This document shows positions 37,433 to 48,995 of a DNA stretch of 64,000 nucleotides, piece after piece. Position numbers and translations under genes: made by a program. The stretch covers positions 2,914,001-2,978,000 of the forward strand of contig JBLDXI010000042.1 of assembly GCA_047495785.1 (NCBI GenBank), written 5' to 3'. Each line of letters begins with the position of its first letter. Position 1 is the stretch's first letter. The stretch comes from Lepidodermella squamata (taxonomy: Eukaryota; Animalia; Gastrotricha). Below the pieces are notes generated by a model, which saw only the letters and a list, made by a program, of their open reading frames with translations, had not been told where the DNA came from and made no database searches.

Positions 37433-37819
37433 TTTCCCGTATTTTTTGAGATGTACTGCAAGCTCGATACGAAATTTATTTTCGTTTATAATGTCCGTTA
37501 ATGTCCAACAATAAAACCAACAGCTCTCTAATGTCCGTTTATAATGCCCTACAGCAATAAATATCAATTGGATGCGGAAGTGCGTCAATATAAGATAATT
37601 ATTGGACCGGGACGATTTGCGCATTGGTAAATCAAATTAGAAACTAGCGACTCGGCCTAAATCATTTTGTGGCAAGTGACAAGCTGTCAGCCATCACGAA
37701 CCGGGGTTTTACCATGACGTGCTTGGGAACATCACGGGTGTAGAGAAAAACACGTGTTCACTTGGCAAGAAAAACATCAGGATAAGTTAGGACGCTGGGC
37801 CATAATTTCCGTTTGAAAA

Positions 37820-38086
37820 TCACATGTTAGGAGCGATGTTTTGGGACATTTTGAACCGCCGCTTGTCACCGCCGCCACCGTTGCCTCGGCTTAATTCATA
37901 CAGGAGTGCTAGTTCAGCCTCGCTAGGTCCGTTTGATGCATCGTTATCCGACGTGGCTTCTGGCACAGGCTCGTCGAAACCTTCAGGATTGTAATGATCA
38001 TCTTCGGCAAGAGTGTTCAGGGGCTTCTCTAGCAGAACCATCAAAGCCACAGCAAATGATAAACAAGCAGCAAATGAACCTTTCAT
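37820..38086 (-). CDS. Prepropeptide P6
   Basis: Signal MKGSFAACLSFAVALMVLL, long acidic spacer, KR-RFKMSQNIAPNM. Confidence 0.75.
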   Translation of the reverse strand: MKGSFAACLSFAVALMVLLEKPLNTLAEDDHYNPEGFDEPVPEATSDNDASNGPSEAELALLYELSRGNGGGGDKRRFKMSQNIAPNM

Positions 38087-39809
38087 TTTAAGAATATATG
38101 CCGAACAATGCCTGTAAAAAAGTATTTTAAGCAGAAGAACGGAGAACAAATTCAAGTGACTATCTGCACTTATATCAATATTAATTAAATCGATATATTG
38201 TGATTTTACTGCGATTCTCTTGAATTGTAATATAGGTGTATTTACTGACAGAAATAGCGAAAAACTGGCGACCGAAATAACGGGAAAATTAAATCTGCCA
38301 CATAAGTGGCAATGTTAGGAATGCACTTGCCGGTTTTTAATTGCAAAACACTAGAAGGATCATCCGTTTCTTTAGAAATAATACTATTAATGGATGTCTT
38401 TCTTCGATTTTTTCTCGTTCCATTACAGATTTGGCTAATGAGCGCGTCTGCACGTCTGCCCGCTCTACTACGCAAGCTCAGCGCTTTCTCCCGAAAGAAC
38501 TCGCTTGGGTATTAACCCGATTCATGCTGCGTCGGGTTCTTTGACATTTTGATGATATTTGTGCCCAGGATTATTCTTTCTTTTTTTCATCGCTGAACAT
38601 CGCTTGAACCGAAACGAGAGAATCATCGAAAATAGTACAACAATGTCAAAGTCCCTTTTATATGCACTTTAAATCTCGACGGAAATAAGAATGCAAACCA
38701 TCATTCATTAATTCATGCAAGTAAATCAATGCTGATAACTGATTTGAAAACCCATGTTGTCGAAAGAATAGTCCGGCATGGCTTGAGGAAAACCGAAACT
38801 TCTCAGTAATTTTTCTTTGTAAGTCAAGTTGTTGTAAGATTTCTGCAAAAGCATTATTTAACAGAATACAAACTAAATAGCGGCCCAAGATATTTTTACC
38901 AGCAAAAAAGACGGAAGCTCAGTCGTCGTAGTTGTACTTGAAAATGGTAATGCTTCAAATAGCTCGACAAATAGTGTTGCAATCACAGCGGTCGCAAGGA
39001 GAACAGAGCTGAAAAGTCGCCGAAGTTTGCTTGAAGCCATTCATGTAGTCAAAACATTCATTTTTGTAGTTGAAATTTGTATGAAGCAACCTTACTATGC
39101 CATGTACATGACAAGCACTCCGCGCACAAAAAATACTACCAGTACGCGAGCAGGTGAAAAAACTATTGTTGGCCGTATTGCTCATGTTAAACAACGCTGG
39201 AAACCGTGATGATGAATGGTTCCATATCATGCGAGAACGGCTCGCGGCAATAGGCGCCTAACTGCTTATTCAAAAATTGCAGGGTAAAAAGCGCCCAATT
39301 GAACACCGGATATGATGTCCCTTTCGCCGAATGATTGCCCTATAATTGACATGCCATGAAATTTACCTTGGAAAACAAATTAAGGTGTGAAATCGAGAGG
39401 CAATTTGATGTTCCGTAGTTCAACCGCAAACAAGGCGTTAACAAGCCTAATGAGCTTATTATTTCCCCACTCGACCGGAGGCCCTATCTTAATTGCGAAT
39501 TTCAGCAGCTAATTTAAATTTCAGCTGCGCATCGAAAAGGAGAGTTTGAAAATGATCCCTAGATGTCTCATTAACTTTACCTCCGCTATAAATACTACGA
39601 ACAACTAAGACCCAGCGCCATTTGCCAGCTCTTTGCCAGTTGTTTAGCATTTTAGTGGGGACCGGGAAGTGTTTGGCTACAAGTCGTTTAGCTCTATGCT
39701 AACACGGCGATGCAGGTTTCCTGTTAGGGCATCACAGCCATCTACTCTTTTGCAACTTTAACTAATGGCCTCCTTTTTATTTGCGAATACTAATAGTTAA
39801 CGTTAAATA

Positions 39810-40244
39810 ATGATCTGCTACAACCTCGTCAACGTTGTTGTTTCGATTTTGCTCCTGGCCTCAAGTTATGCTCACGAATTGAAGCCTTCTTCCTCCTCGG
39901 AATTACCCAAAGGGCACCTCCCTGTGAAAAACAAAGATCCAAAAATATTGAATTCGTGGCGACATTCCAAAGGTATAAAAGCAATCATCATAGGTCTCTT
40001 GGCTAATAAACGTTTCCTCCTCTCGGTAGATGTGAAAGCTTATCTCAGCAGTCTTGATGTAGAAGCGGCGAGGCAACTGGTGAGGCATGTGCTTGCAAGT
40101 ATTCAATACAAAAAGCGTTTCGATAAGTGCTTGAAGGTGCTTAAATCGCTTGACATCTGCTCACAACGGCAGCCTTTTTACCTATGGGCGAATGTAATCA
40201 GTAAATCCATAATGAACGGTGAAGAGCTATTTGTTATAAGATGA
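39810..40244 (+). CDS. Secreted two-cysteine family member D
   Basis: Signal MICYNLVNVVVSILLLASSYA. Probable in-frame phase-1 intron 39973-40029. C-terminus KKRFDKCLKVLKSLDICSQRQPFYLWANVISKSIMNG. Confidence 0.82.
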   Translation: MICYNLVNVVVSILLLASSYAHELKPSSSSELPKGHLPVKNKDPKILNSWRHSKGIKAIIIGLLANKRFLLSVDVKAYLSSLDVEAARQLVRHVLASIQYKKRFDKCLKVLKSLDICSQRQPFYLWANVISKSIMNGEELFVIR

Positions 40245-40874
40245 AACACAAACTTCAAAGAAAAGTATTGCATTCATTGTATTTTTGCTGATTTTTACGA
40301 TATAAAGCAATTGCTTTTGTTACGTGTGACTGGAATTGTTTACAACTTTGTTGTGATATAATTTGCTATCTGGTTATGAGACATAGGTCATCAGCATAAT
40401 TTCGCCTCCCCATGGCTGCTTAAGCTTCCTAGCTAGACAGCTTGGCGCTAATCATTCCGTTTTTCGACATAGAGGTTTCCCATATATGAAAACTGGTTCG
40501 CCGGATAATTCGTTATAAAAGAATTCTAAAATAGGATTTTAATGAAGTTGAGTCGGAGCGTGGCCAATTTCACAAGTGGGAATCCCCCGCATGCGTCGGC
40601 TCATGAAGCCTTTTCGGCATCCGACAAATCTATTTGTTCCCGACCGAGTTGAAGACTTGCAGTGAAAAGAGACGTTATGCATTTTATATTGAAGGTGAAT
40701 TTTGTACTAATTATACTGATAACAGTGGGATATCAGCGTCCCCGCCTTTTTCAAAGTCGCGGCTATATTTAAGCCTGATAGTATCTATCTTCAGCAGAGG
40801 AGTAGCTTAGCTTAGCAAATCGCGCCTGATTTCAGGAGTATCTATTTAGCACTTGGCAATTTACCAGAATCTGT

Positions 40875-41328
40875 ATGGCAATGCAGTACTATCTTGTATG
40901 CGTAATACACCTCCTGCTGACAATTACTAGCGATGTCAACGGCGATCCACTTCAAGAGTCTCCCAAGTTCAGTGAAATAGCTGCATCTCCCAGAATTATC
41001 TCTCAATCCGAAATTGCTCCGATTGTCGCTCTGTTAAAATACGGTCAGTTTTCTATGGTTAGCATATTTTGATTATCTCGTTTGCTTCACGAATTTTTTA
41101 GACAACAAGTTGGCAGGAAAATTAGCCGGCGTGGATCCGACCGAGTTTGCCATCGCATGGTGGAACTCTATGACCCCAGAGATGCGTGCTCGCGTTGTTT
41201 ACGAAACGCGATTGCGCAAATGCATAGCGCACCTTGGATCAAGAGCTGTGTGCGAAAATAATTCAACTTTCTACTTGTGGGCGCAAATGCTGGCACGAAA
41301 AATAATGACAGGGCAAATTGATAAATGA
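40875..41328 (+). CDS. Secreted two-cysteine family member E
   Basis: Signal MAMQYYLVCVIHLLLTITSDVNG. Phase-1 intron 41044-41101. C-terminus TRLRKCIAHLGSRAVCENNSTFYLWAQMLARKIMTG. Confidence 0.85.
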
Positions 41329-41397
41329 ATCAAACGCTTCGCTCTTTCAAGCAACGTTTGATTTTGATTTCATGAAAAAGATGGCTGGGCCAAACGT

Positions 41398-41402
<5 letters not shown>

Positions 41403-41439
<37 letters not shown>
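41403..41439. repeat. (GT)18 microsatellite
   Basis: Perfect GT dinucleotide run. Confidence 0.97.
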
Positions 41440-41441
<2 letters not shown>

Positions 41442-42134
41442 TTTTGTGACGTGTAAATATAATTGCATGAGGAAGAATAAAGAAATAGCTGATAAGCTGA
41501 CCTTCGATTTTTGTTGTTCAATCTGCTTATTATCAAAATAAAACTCTTCCAAGCTATATAACTTAAACGCCAATTTCGAAGCAAGCAATCATACGTACGT
41601 CCGTTGTCGTCTGTGAGACAGATATCAAGGTTATGCATGCCTTACTTCATGGAGGATTTTATATTTAAATTTATAGCCTATTTTCTGATTTGCCAATTTC
41701 TAATCAGGTGGGACGTTGATGTTAATATCAATGAAATGAGCGAGTAAGCAAGGTAGACTTATGACGGTAAGGCTGACGCACTATAATTCTCAATCTAATC
41801 AGAAATGATTATTCGATTACTCGATATTAAAGTCTGAATTCAAGCTGTCGATGCAAACGTCAGGGACATGGCAATGATGCCTGGTCATGACTCAGTCCAG
41901 AGCTTGCGGAGTAACTCAATCATCATAGTATGAGCGCCTGGATGCCACGCATACAATTTTTAAGATAAGATGTGTACAAATTTGAAGTGTTAGGTTTCTT
42001 AGTTCACGTATGATAACACAAATTAGGCGTAGGAAGGTGATTGCTTCATGTCGACCCTTCGAGATTAATATTTTCTGCGTGTTCTTGACCATTTACGTCT
42101 CGAGTGCGAGTTTCGATTACTCGTTTGCACCAAC

Positions 42135-45100
42135 ATGACTCATCTACATTGGCTGGCAACCTTTGGGCTAATTTATATTTTATTGGTAGCATTATTTGGA
42201 GAATCCGCATGCGATCCGGCACTCTCGACTAACACGGATGCTGTCGGCTTTGTTGATGGTGAGTTTATCATAGAGAACAGAAGTACAAGAGAGGAAACTC
42301 GCGCTGGAAACTTGAAACATTAATTCGAAGCGGTTTTTTTAAGCCGGATCTTTTCACAAAATGCGCGTAGTTTTTTAGCGCACTTTTCTCGCGCAAACCC
42401 ACAAAATTTCGGCAAAGCTTTTCTCCGGCTTTACTACTTCAAATCGGATTCCCCTTTTTAAGGTGAATAGACCTGGTCTAGAACTTCAAAATTGCAAAAG
42501 GTTGAGCCGATATATGCAACGGCTAAGCCTTGGCACCCTTCTGAAGCTGAAAAAATTTAGCGAAAAATTTCGCAAAAATAGCTCATTTTCGACGAATTTT
42601 TTCGTCGAACGGTGTGTCGCCGATTTTGACGAATTTTTGCATGGAGATAGAGAATGCTTTGAACTACTTAACCCCAAAGGGGCGGGTCCGTATACGCAAT
42701 AGCAAATTTTCAGGATCTCTTCGAAGGAAACCTATTTTTCATGATATTGCAACCATCTCTTACAAAGTTCTACCATCTTTATCTTACTTTATGAGTCTAA
42801 ATTTTTAAAGTCTTCCAGTTGAGCTTTTTACGCCTTCATTATAATGGTCAGCCATTGCTAGCCTGTGCTCCGATTCGATCAATCAAGAAGAAAATCTGCC
42901 TGTTTAGACTAATTTTGAAACAAATAATTTCAATCGTTAGCCGCCGTTAGGTAAATGCTCGCTTATCGATCTTGAGAAATCCGAGTCCTTTCTTGAGCAC
43001 TTTATCCTCATCTTTGGTCAACTAGAAGGGGCAAAGAATTTGCGTGAATTGAAGCTAAGTCTCGCCCCTAAGAAAACTGGAGGGGTAGAAGTACTTCAGC
43101 CCCTTTACGGCTCCTTTCCGTACCTCTTGGTACACCTTTAAAATCAAAAACTCTTGTCAATATGCCATCTTAGAAAAGTTCTTCTAAGCATTCAGCCCTC
43201 TTCGCCCTCTTCATCAAAAATTTCCTTTTTCATCGCAGCAACCAACATTTAATTTACCGTATTATACGAATTATTGGGCAGGACCGAATTATAGGGCAGA
43301 AACGGAATAAAGGCAGAGGGCAAAGGTCATTTGAAATAATAAAGGGTAGAACCGTTATAATGGACAGGGCCCAGGGCCTCATAATACGCGACCAACCTTC
43401 ATTGTGGAACCACTAAAAAGTTGAACTATGGCGCGCGCGCTGATTGGTCAATTTATTGTTGCTATGACCCGGGATGAAACATTTCTGTCGTGCGATCGAC
43501 TAATAAAATATTTTATATTTATGTACAAATTGACCTTGCCACACCCTCTGCACGGTTTCCATTGACCACGAGCGTAAACTCCATATTAATCGTGGCAAAT
43601 TACTTCGGCAAAAAACACTTGTTCAAAAACTTTTATGGATCGCACGACTGAAAGTTTCATCCGGGAGTCATAACAACGACCGATTGACCAATAGGCGTGC
43701 GAGTCAAGATTGTACTTTTGAGTGGTTCCACAATGCTTAGGCGCGTGTCGTGTCCATTTGAAACGAAAAAAATGTCAGTCTACTTCCTTCATGGCTAAAA
43801 GAAAGTTATCGCTATCTCCTACGACATATACAAATAGGTGACATCCCACTATAAAACGAGCTTTGAGCTTTGAGAAACTCAGCTGACCGAATTCCAAATA
43901 AAATCAGGTGATGAGCAGAGAAAGCAGTAATGGGCTCCGAGGAGCAAATAAGCAAGAAACAATTGGTCACATAATAGGTCACATAATAATCCAAAATTAT
44001 TTTCCAGTCTCGAATTAAGTTGATGTGCTTTCATTTTGTAACTCAACTAACAACTCAACTCATCAAGGCTTATTGGTTGCATTCGTACCAGCTGGCTGTT
44101 GCTAGTTCTACTAAAGTCTGTCATCAATAAGTCATCAGTTAGGCTCCATCGTACTTCGGGACCTTGGCTATATTAAATCTTGAAAGTCGCCATAGTACCA
44201 AATATATAATTAATATTTGATTTTTAATAGGTTAGTTATTTCCCTAGAGGTAGCTATTTTGTACCATTCTGTATGTCCAGATGCTATTTTTTCGCTAAAA
44301 CTAGCCAGAAAATATACGTAAAAATGCAATGGTTGAGCCGACGAGTGGCAAGCGGCCATTATATAGGTCATAACTAACGGTAAACAAATAGCCATCTTCG
44401 GTTTTGGACCCATAAAATCGGAAAAATAGCTTGAGGTAGGCATGTAGCGATGGAGTAAACTTTAATTTTTGATCGAACCAACTGGGTTGGTGTGCCAGAT
44501 GAAAATTTTACAACAACAGGATATCACCGAATGACGATTTGCCGCTGTGAGAACAGCTATTTCCACGCGCATTATGTGAAAAAGTGGGTGTTCCTCCAAC
44601 ACATCCTGAAAATTTGCTATTGCGTATACGGACCCGCCCCTTTGGGGTTAAGTAGTTCAAAGCATTCTCTATCTCCATGCAAAAATTCGTCAAAATCGGC
44701 GACACACCGTTCGACGAAAAAATTCGTCGAAAATGAGCTATTTTTGCGAAATTTTTCGCTAAATTTTTTCAGCTTCAGAAGGGTGCCAAGGCTTAGCCGT
44801 TGCATATATCGGCTCAACCTTTTGCAATTTTGAAGTTCTAGACCAGGTCTATTCACCTTAAAAAGGGGAATCCGATTTGAAGTAGTAAAGCCGGAGAAAA
44901 GCTTTGCCGAAATTTTGTGGGTTTGCGCGAGAAAAGTGCGCTAAAAAACTACGCGCATTTTGTGAAAAGATCCGGCTTAAAAAAACCGCTTCGAATTAAT
45001 GTTTCAAGTTTCCAGCGCGAGTTTCCTCTCTTGTACTTCTGTTCTCTATGGAGTTTATATAACAATATGGTATCATTGAGCTATTTTTGTGTTTTTAATG

Positions 45101-45312
45101 CAGTCATTACCACTCATGCTTTTGGAGAAATTGACTCAGCTACTATTTCAAAAATCGCCAAGCAAATAAAATCAAGAAGAGCCATGTATCTTCGAGTATT
45201 CAAGTCCTGCATGGAAGCTTTGAACTCTTATCCAGCTTGCCAAATGAAAATCGGCCGCTATATAGCTCAAGCAAGTGGGAAATTGTTAGGAGTGAAGAAC
45301 GCTCAGCTGTAA
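42135..45312 (+). CDS. Secreted two-cysteine family member F (divergent), with its intron expanded by a transposon
   Basis: Exon 42135-42258 (signal MTHLHWLATFGLIYILLVALFGESAC), phase-1 donor GTGAGT at 42259, acceptor at 45103. Exon 45104-45312 ends RVFKSCMEALNSYPACQMKIGRYIAQASGKLLG (C-x9-C...Y-I-A-Q). Confidence 0.68.
42269..45050. mobile_element. Non-autonomous DNA transposon, 2782 bp, with 448-bp TIRs and an 8-bp TSD (hAT-like)
   Basis: 42269-42716 is the reverse complement of 44603-45050 (CATAGAGAACAG...CTGTTCTCTATG). Direct repeat GAGTTTAT at 42261-42268 and 45051-45058. No transposase ORF inside. Confidence 0.92.
43385..43748. mobile_element. Nested MITE-like element with about 110-bp imperfect inverted repeats
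   Basis: CATTGTGGAACCACT (43400-43414) pairs with AGTGGTTCCACAATG (43721-43735). The match continues inward to GTCGTGCGATC / GATCGCACGAC. Outer boundaries are approximate. Confidence 0.65.
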
Positions 45313-48300
45313 AGGCACGCATAAATAGAAGCAATTTGCGAAAATCCGGATTTTGGTATATCGTCCGAAGTGGTGAGCTGCTCATCTGGGCGCCGTTCTC
45401 CTTTTGCTACCTAATATTTTTTCGGATATTAACCAACGAAAACTGAATTGCGTTAACGATCAAATAAATGTCAATAAACGCTTATAGGTTATAGGTAATG
45501 AGAGATGAGGATTTTATTGTTGCCCCCAGTGTTTTACGATCTCTGTGATTGCATTTTTCGGATATTGTAATCTTCCTTTCATTGGTGAGTTTGGGGTTTT
45601 CAAGTTGACTGATCTCTCATGTCACGGTATTACAATGGGGGAAAGAATTTCTTGTCGTTGGCCCTCAGATTCACGCGATTCTAAATTTTATCATGGCTGT
45701 GCCATGAAATGTAAAGTATTCTTGAAGCTTGAGGTATAGCAGATAGAACAGCTTGAAAGTTTCACGCAATCTTTTCACTTTCAGTGGGACAGCAGACAGC
45801 AGACTTTAAGCGTAGCGTAAAACGTATTCGGCATCCAAAGCCCTTGTTAAAGCATTTCACCTGAACCTGTCAACCTTGACCGCGGGCCTCACAGACACGG
45901 AAGAAAATAGAGATTGACATATGCGGTTTCAAAATGTTGCTTTGTCGAAACTAGGCCTGGTATGGTATTGGATTTTATGGGTGCGCAACACGAACAAAGG
46001 AAACAACAAAAGCAATTGATCAAACTTGGCAAAGATTTCAATGTGTATGCAAGTGAAATATTTAAATCTATTTAGACCTCGACATTTTTTTAAATTTTAT
46101 GGCGTTAAAAAATAGAAAAAAAAATTAATGATCAAATTTGGAAAAGTATAAATGCCCTTTAAGAGCAAAAATAATGAGAATAAATTAAAAGAAGTTGTTT
46201 TGTCTGAGTTTCTCCACGTGTTTTCATGTTCTTGGCATTCGACGCGTTTTACACGGAGTGGCGAAGTGCTGAATTCAGTGCATCTCCCGTTTGGCCTGAT
46301 TTTCAAGCTTGCTGTTTTCTTTCAGCTTGTTCCTGCAGCTTAACAATAAGCATACGTATTTCAGCTGCTCTTCGATCATGTTTCTATTGCTTCTAATCAG
46401 TTTTGTGACTTTTGAGTTAACACCTTGAAACTTATGCCATCAGAGTTACTTTGAGATTGGAGCTTGGACATCATTTTCTTTCATCCAGCTTCTCAACACC
46501 GTCCAAGTATAATGCCACGGTCATTATTTCTTATTTAATTAGCTTTCATTTGCCTGGACGCCGCTCAGCTTTAAGCTTAAGCTTAAATCATGTAACACAA
46601 TGAATTTTGAACTTTGAGCCTTGAGCCATGTTTTTGATTGTCTTAAATGACTCGTCATGCAGCTGTTTCATGTGTTAAGCTTTGTTAGTGCTAGATTAAA
46701 GTGGTTGTTATTCTTCGATGCCTTCAATTCGTCATTTCATTTGATTCAATTCATCATGATGGCCAATTTATAGCCCATAAATTGTACAACAGTGCATCTA
46801 TGATAATTTTCTGGGCGTCTTTGGGATCTTTTTTGTAAATCTTCTTGGATCTTCTTGTCGAACATTGGAGTGAAACTTATCAGCTAAACATGGAATGCTT
46901 GTAGTTTTCTAACTGCTAGTAACAGGATACTGATGTGGTGGAACTTTGAAAATTGATTTAATTTGGAAGATTTTTCATGCTTGATTTTGACAATGACTCT
47001 TGCCTCTTGCTAAGTTAGTCAAGAAAGACAGTTACTTGATTGCTTGCAGTCACCGAGTTCCATTACTTATTCACTTAGATCCGCAGGCTTTCATGTTTCG
47101 TTAATCAAGATCTTTGATTTAAGTGTTAATCGATAGTCTCTCAGTTGTTGACGATTGACGTTCTACATGAGTTACGTCAACATGATTTATTAATTATTGT
47201 ATCAGTAATGATGTTTTGGGCCTAGTCTGTGAAGTCTGCTGGTATAAAATTGCACAGTAACTGCGCAGGATCATGTCTCTGAGCTTTGCTTAGCTCGTCT
47301 CTTAGCTTAGCTTTGCTTAGCCACCTATGTTTCAATTCTTCCAACAAAAAGTCTTATCACTAATTTGCTCATAATGGTGTTCTCTTGAATTACATAGATT
47401 TGTTTGATTAAAAGTTGATGATGGTACAAAGATGCCGACAATTAGCGGTCTTCGACGAAGCTACTTCGATTTTCTCAATCCAGTCCTTTAAATGTCATCT
47501 CGGCTGACGAATCGCGCTATCAATGGCCAACAACTGCCTTGCATTATCTAATTTCTTAAGTGGTCATTCTACATTCAATGTTGACGAAAATCACCGAGCT
47601 TCAAACTTCCTCAATTTCGCTCAAAATGATATTCTGCGGCCGGTCTACATCTGAAGGGTCTGTGCCGGAGCATTACTGGGTCGCTCTTGAACGAGCTTGC
47701 ATGCGAATTCGTGGCTGTGGCTTCGATTACGTGCAAATTAAGCCCATTTTTTCAAGCAGCTACGAACGAATGGTTCCTGATTGATCGATAATCATCAATG
47801 ACGTTTAACGGAATACTTAACTGCTTGACTGCAATTGGATTCTTTTCAAGATTGACGCTAATATTATGAACTGCATCAAACATTCGATTGGATTTCTCAT
47901 TCAATTTTGTAATAATTATTATTATTATTTGTGAATGCCTGTTTTGAGTGACAGGAAATTGAAGTTCATTGCGAGTTTCTGAATAAAATATTGAGCGTGT
48001 AACTTGTTGGTGTTGATTTATTGGTGAATATCGATGATTCCAGTGGTTTGATGCAGCAGAAATGATTAAAATAACGAGTTGGAAAGCAGCCTAGGTCTAG
48101 ATCGGCCACTAGGCCCCGGAAGATCCCAAAAATGGGGTTACCGCGCTAACTTCAAGCCGCTAGGCAACACGACTAACTAGCCAATTTTAGCACAAGATTG
48201 CGTGGCATGACTCGCTGAATGCAACCGGAGTCGACTACAGACCTTGCAAGACTGCCAGCGCTTTCAGGAAAGAAACAGGCGAAGCGTGACTGTTTCTCGA

Positions 48301-48995
48301 AAAAGCCCACAAAAACCACTAAAACGACGCTAAAACCTCGCAACGGGCTAAATTCGCATGCAGCAAATTTATCGCTGTAAAACAATTTAAATATTGTACA
48401 ACAATGTATTTTTAGTTTCAATTTCATTTTTAGTGTTTATACATGCCTGCGTAAAAATATCCTTGAACAGGGCCTAATGCCGCCGTTACGTCGAATTTTT
48501 AGTTTCGCCGCTCACATATTGTTGTCCGAAGCCTGTGTCAAGGCTGAAAAAGCTGCCGCTAAGAGTAAATGAAATTTGCTTAATTGAAATAAAAAGAGTG
48601 TGTTCAAATATACTTGATGCAAATATTAGACAAAAATTTTAAATATTATGTATGAAGAGCGCGCCAAATAGCCAGGCAAAGCGTGTGTCGTCAGCTGTTC
48701 AGTTTGCAGTCTTTTGAGGGCTCTGTTGTCTGGCTGCAGCTAACAAGACAACAATGTGTGTTAAGAGGTCACTCACATTCTATTCGACCCAAACAATTAT
48801 GAAATAGCCTGTGTTCACGCTGTCTGTTGCCGGACGATTTACTGTCTATGACTGTGCGTGGCGTTCTTCATGCTTCTTTATGTTTCTTCCCGATTCATTC
48901 TTTATTTCTCAGCTCGCATCTCGCATCATCCGCTTTTGTCAGAAGTTCACAATCAGTCTCTCAACGCATAATTTCATCTCATTTTCATATATAAC

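Noticed and set aside
38242-39300. Several 60-90 aa ORFs between P6 and gene D
   Set aside because: No signal peptide or family motif in the frames examined, and frequent stops.
33681-40390. Recurrent ATAGGTCA (33681, 40383; also 19516 and inside the transposon) as nuclear receptor response elements
   Set aside because: A few copies of an 8-mer in 64 kb is near chance expectation, and the positions relative to genes are inconsistent.
41330-41638. ORFs with poly-HT runs
   Set aside because: Translation of the (GT)n microsatellite.
42463-44856. Duplicated ORFs MNRPGLELQ... and MSPILTNF... on opposite strands
   Set aside because: They lie within the two TIRs of the transposon and show no protein features.
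45400-48900. Gene-poor stretch with short ORFs
   Set aside because: No supportable gene or element boundaries. Possibly old repeats.
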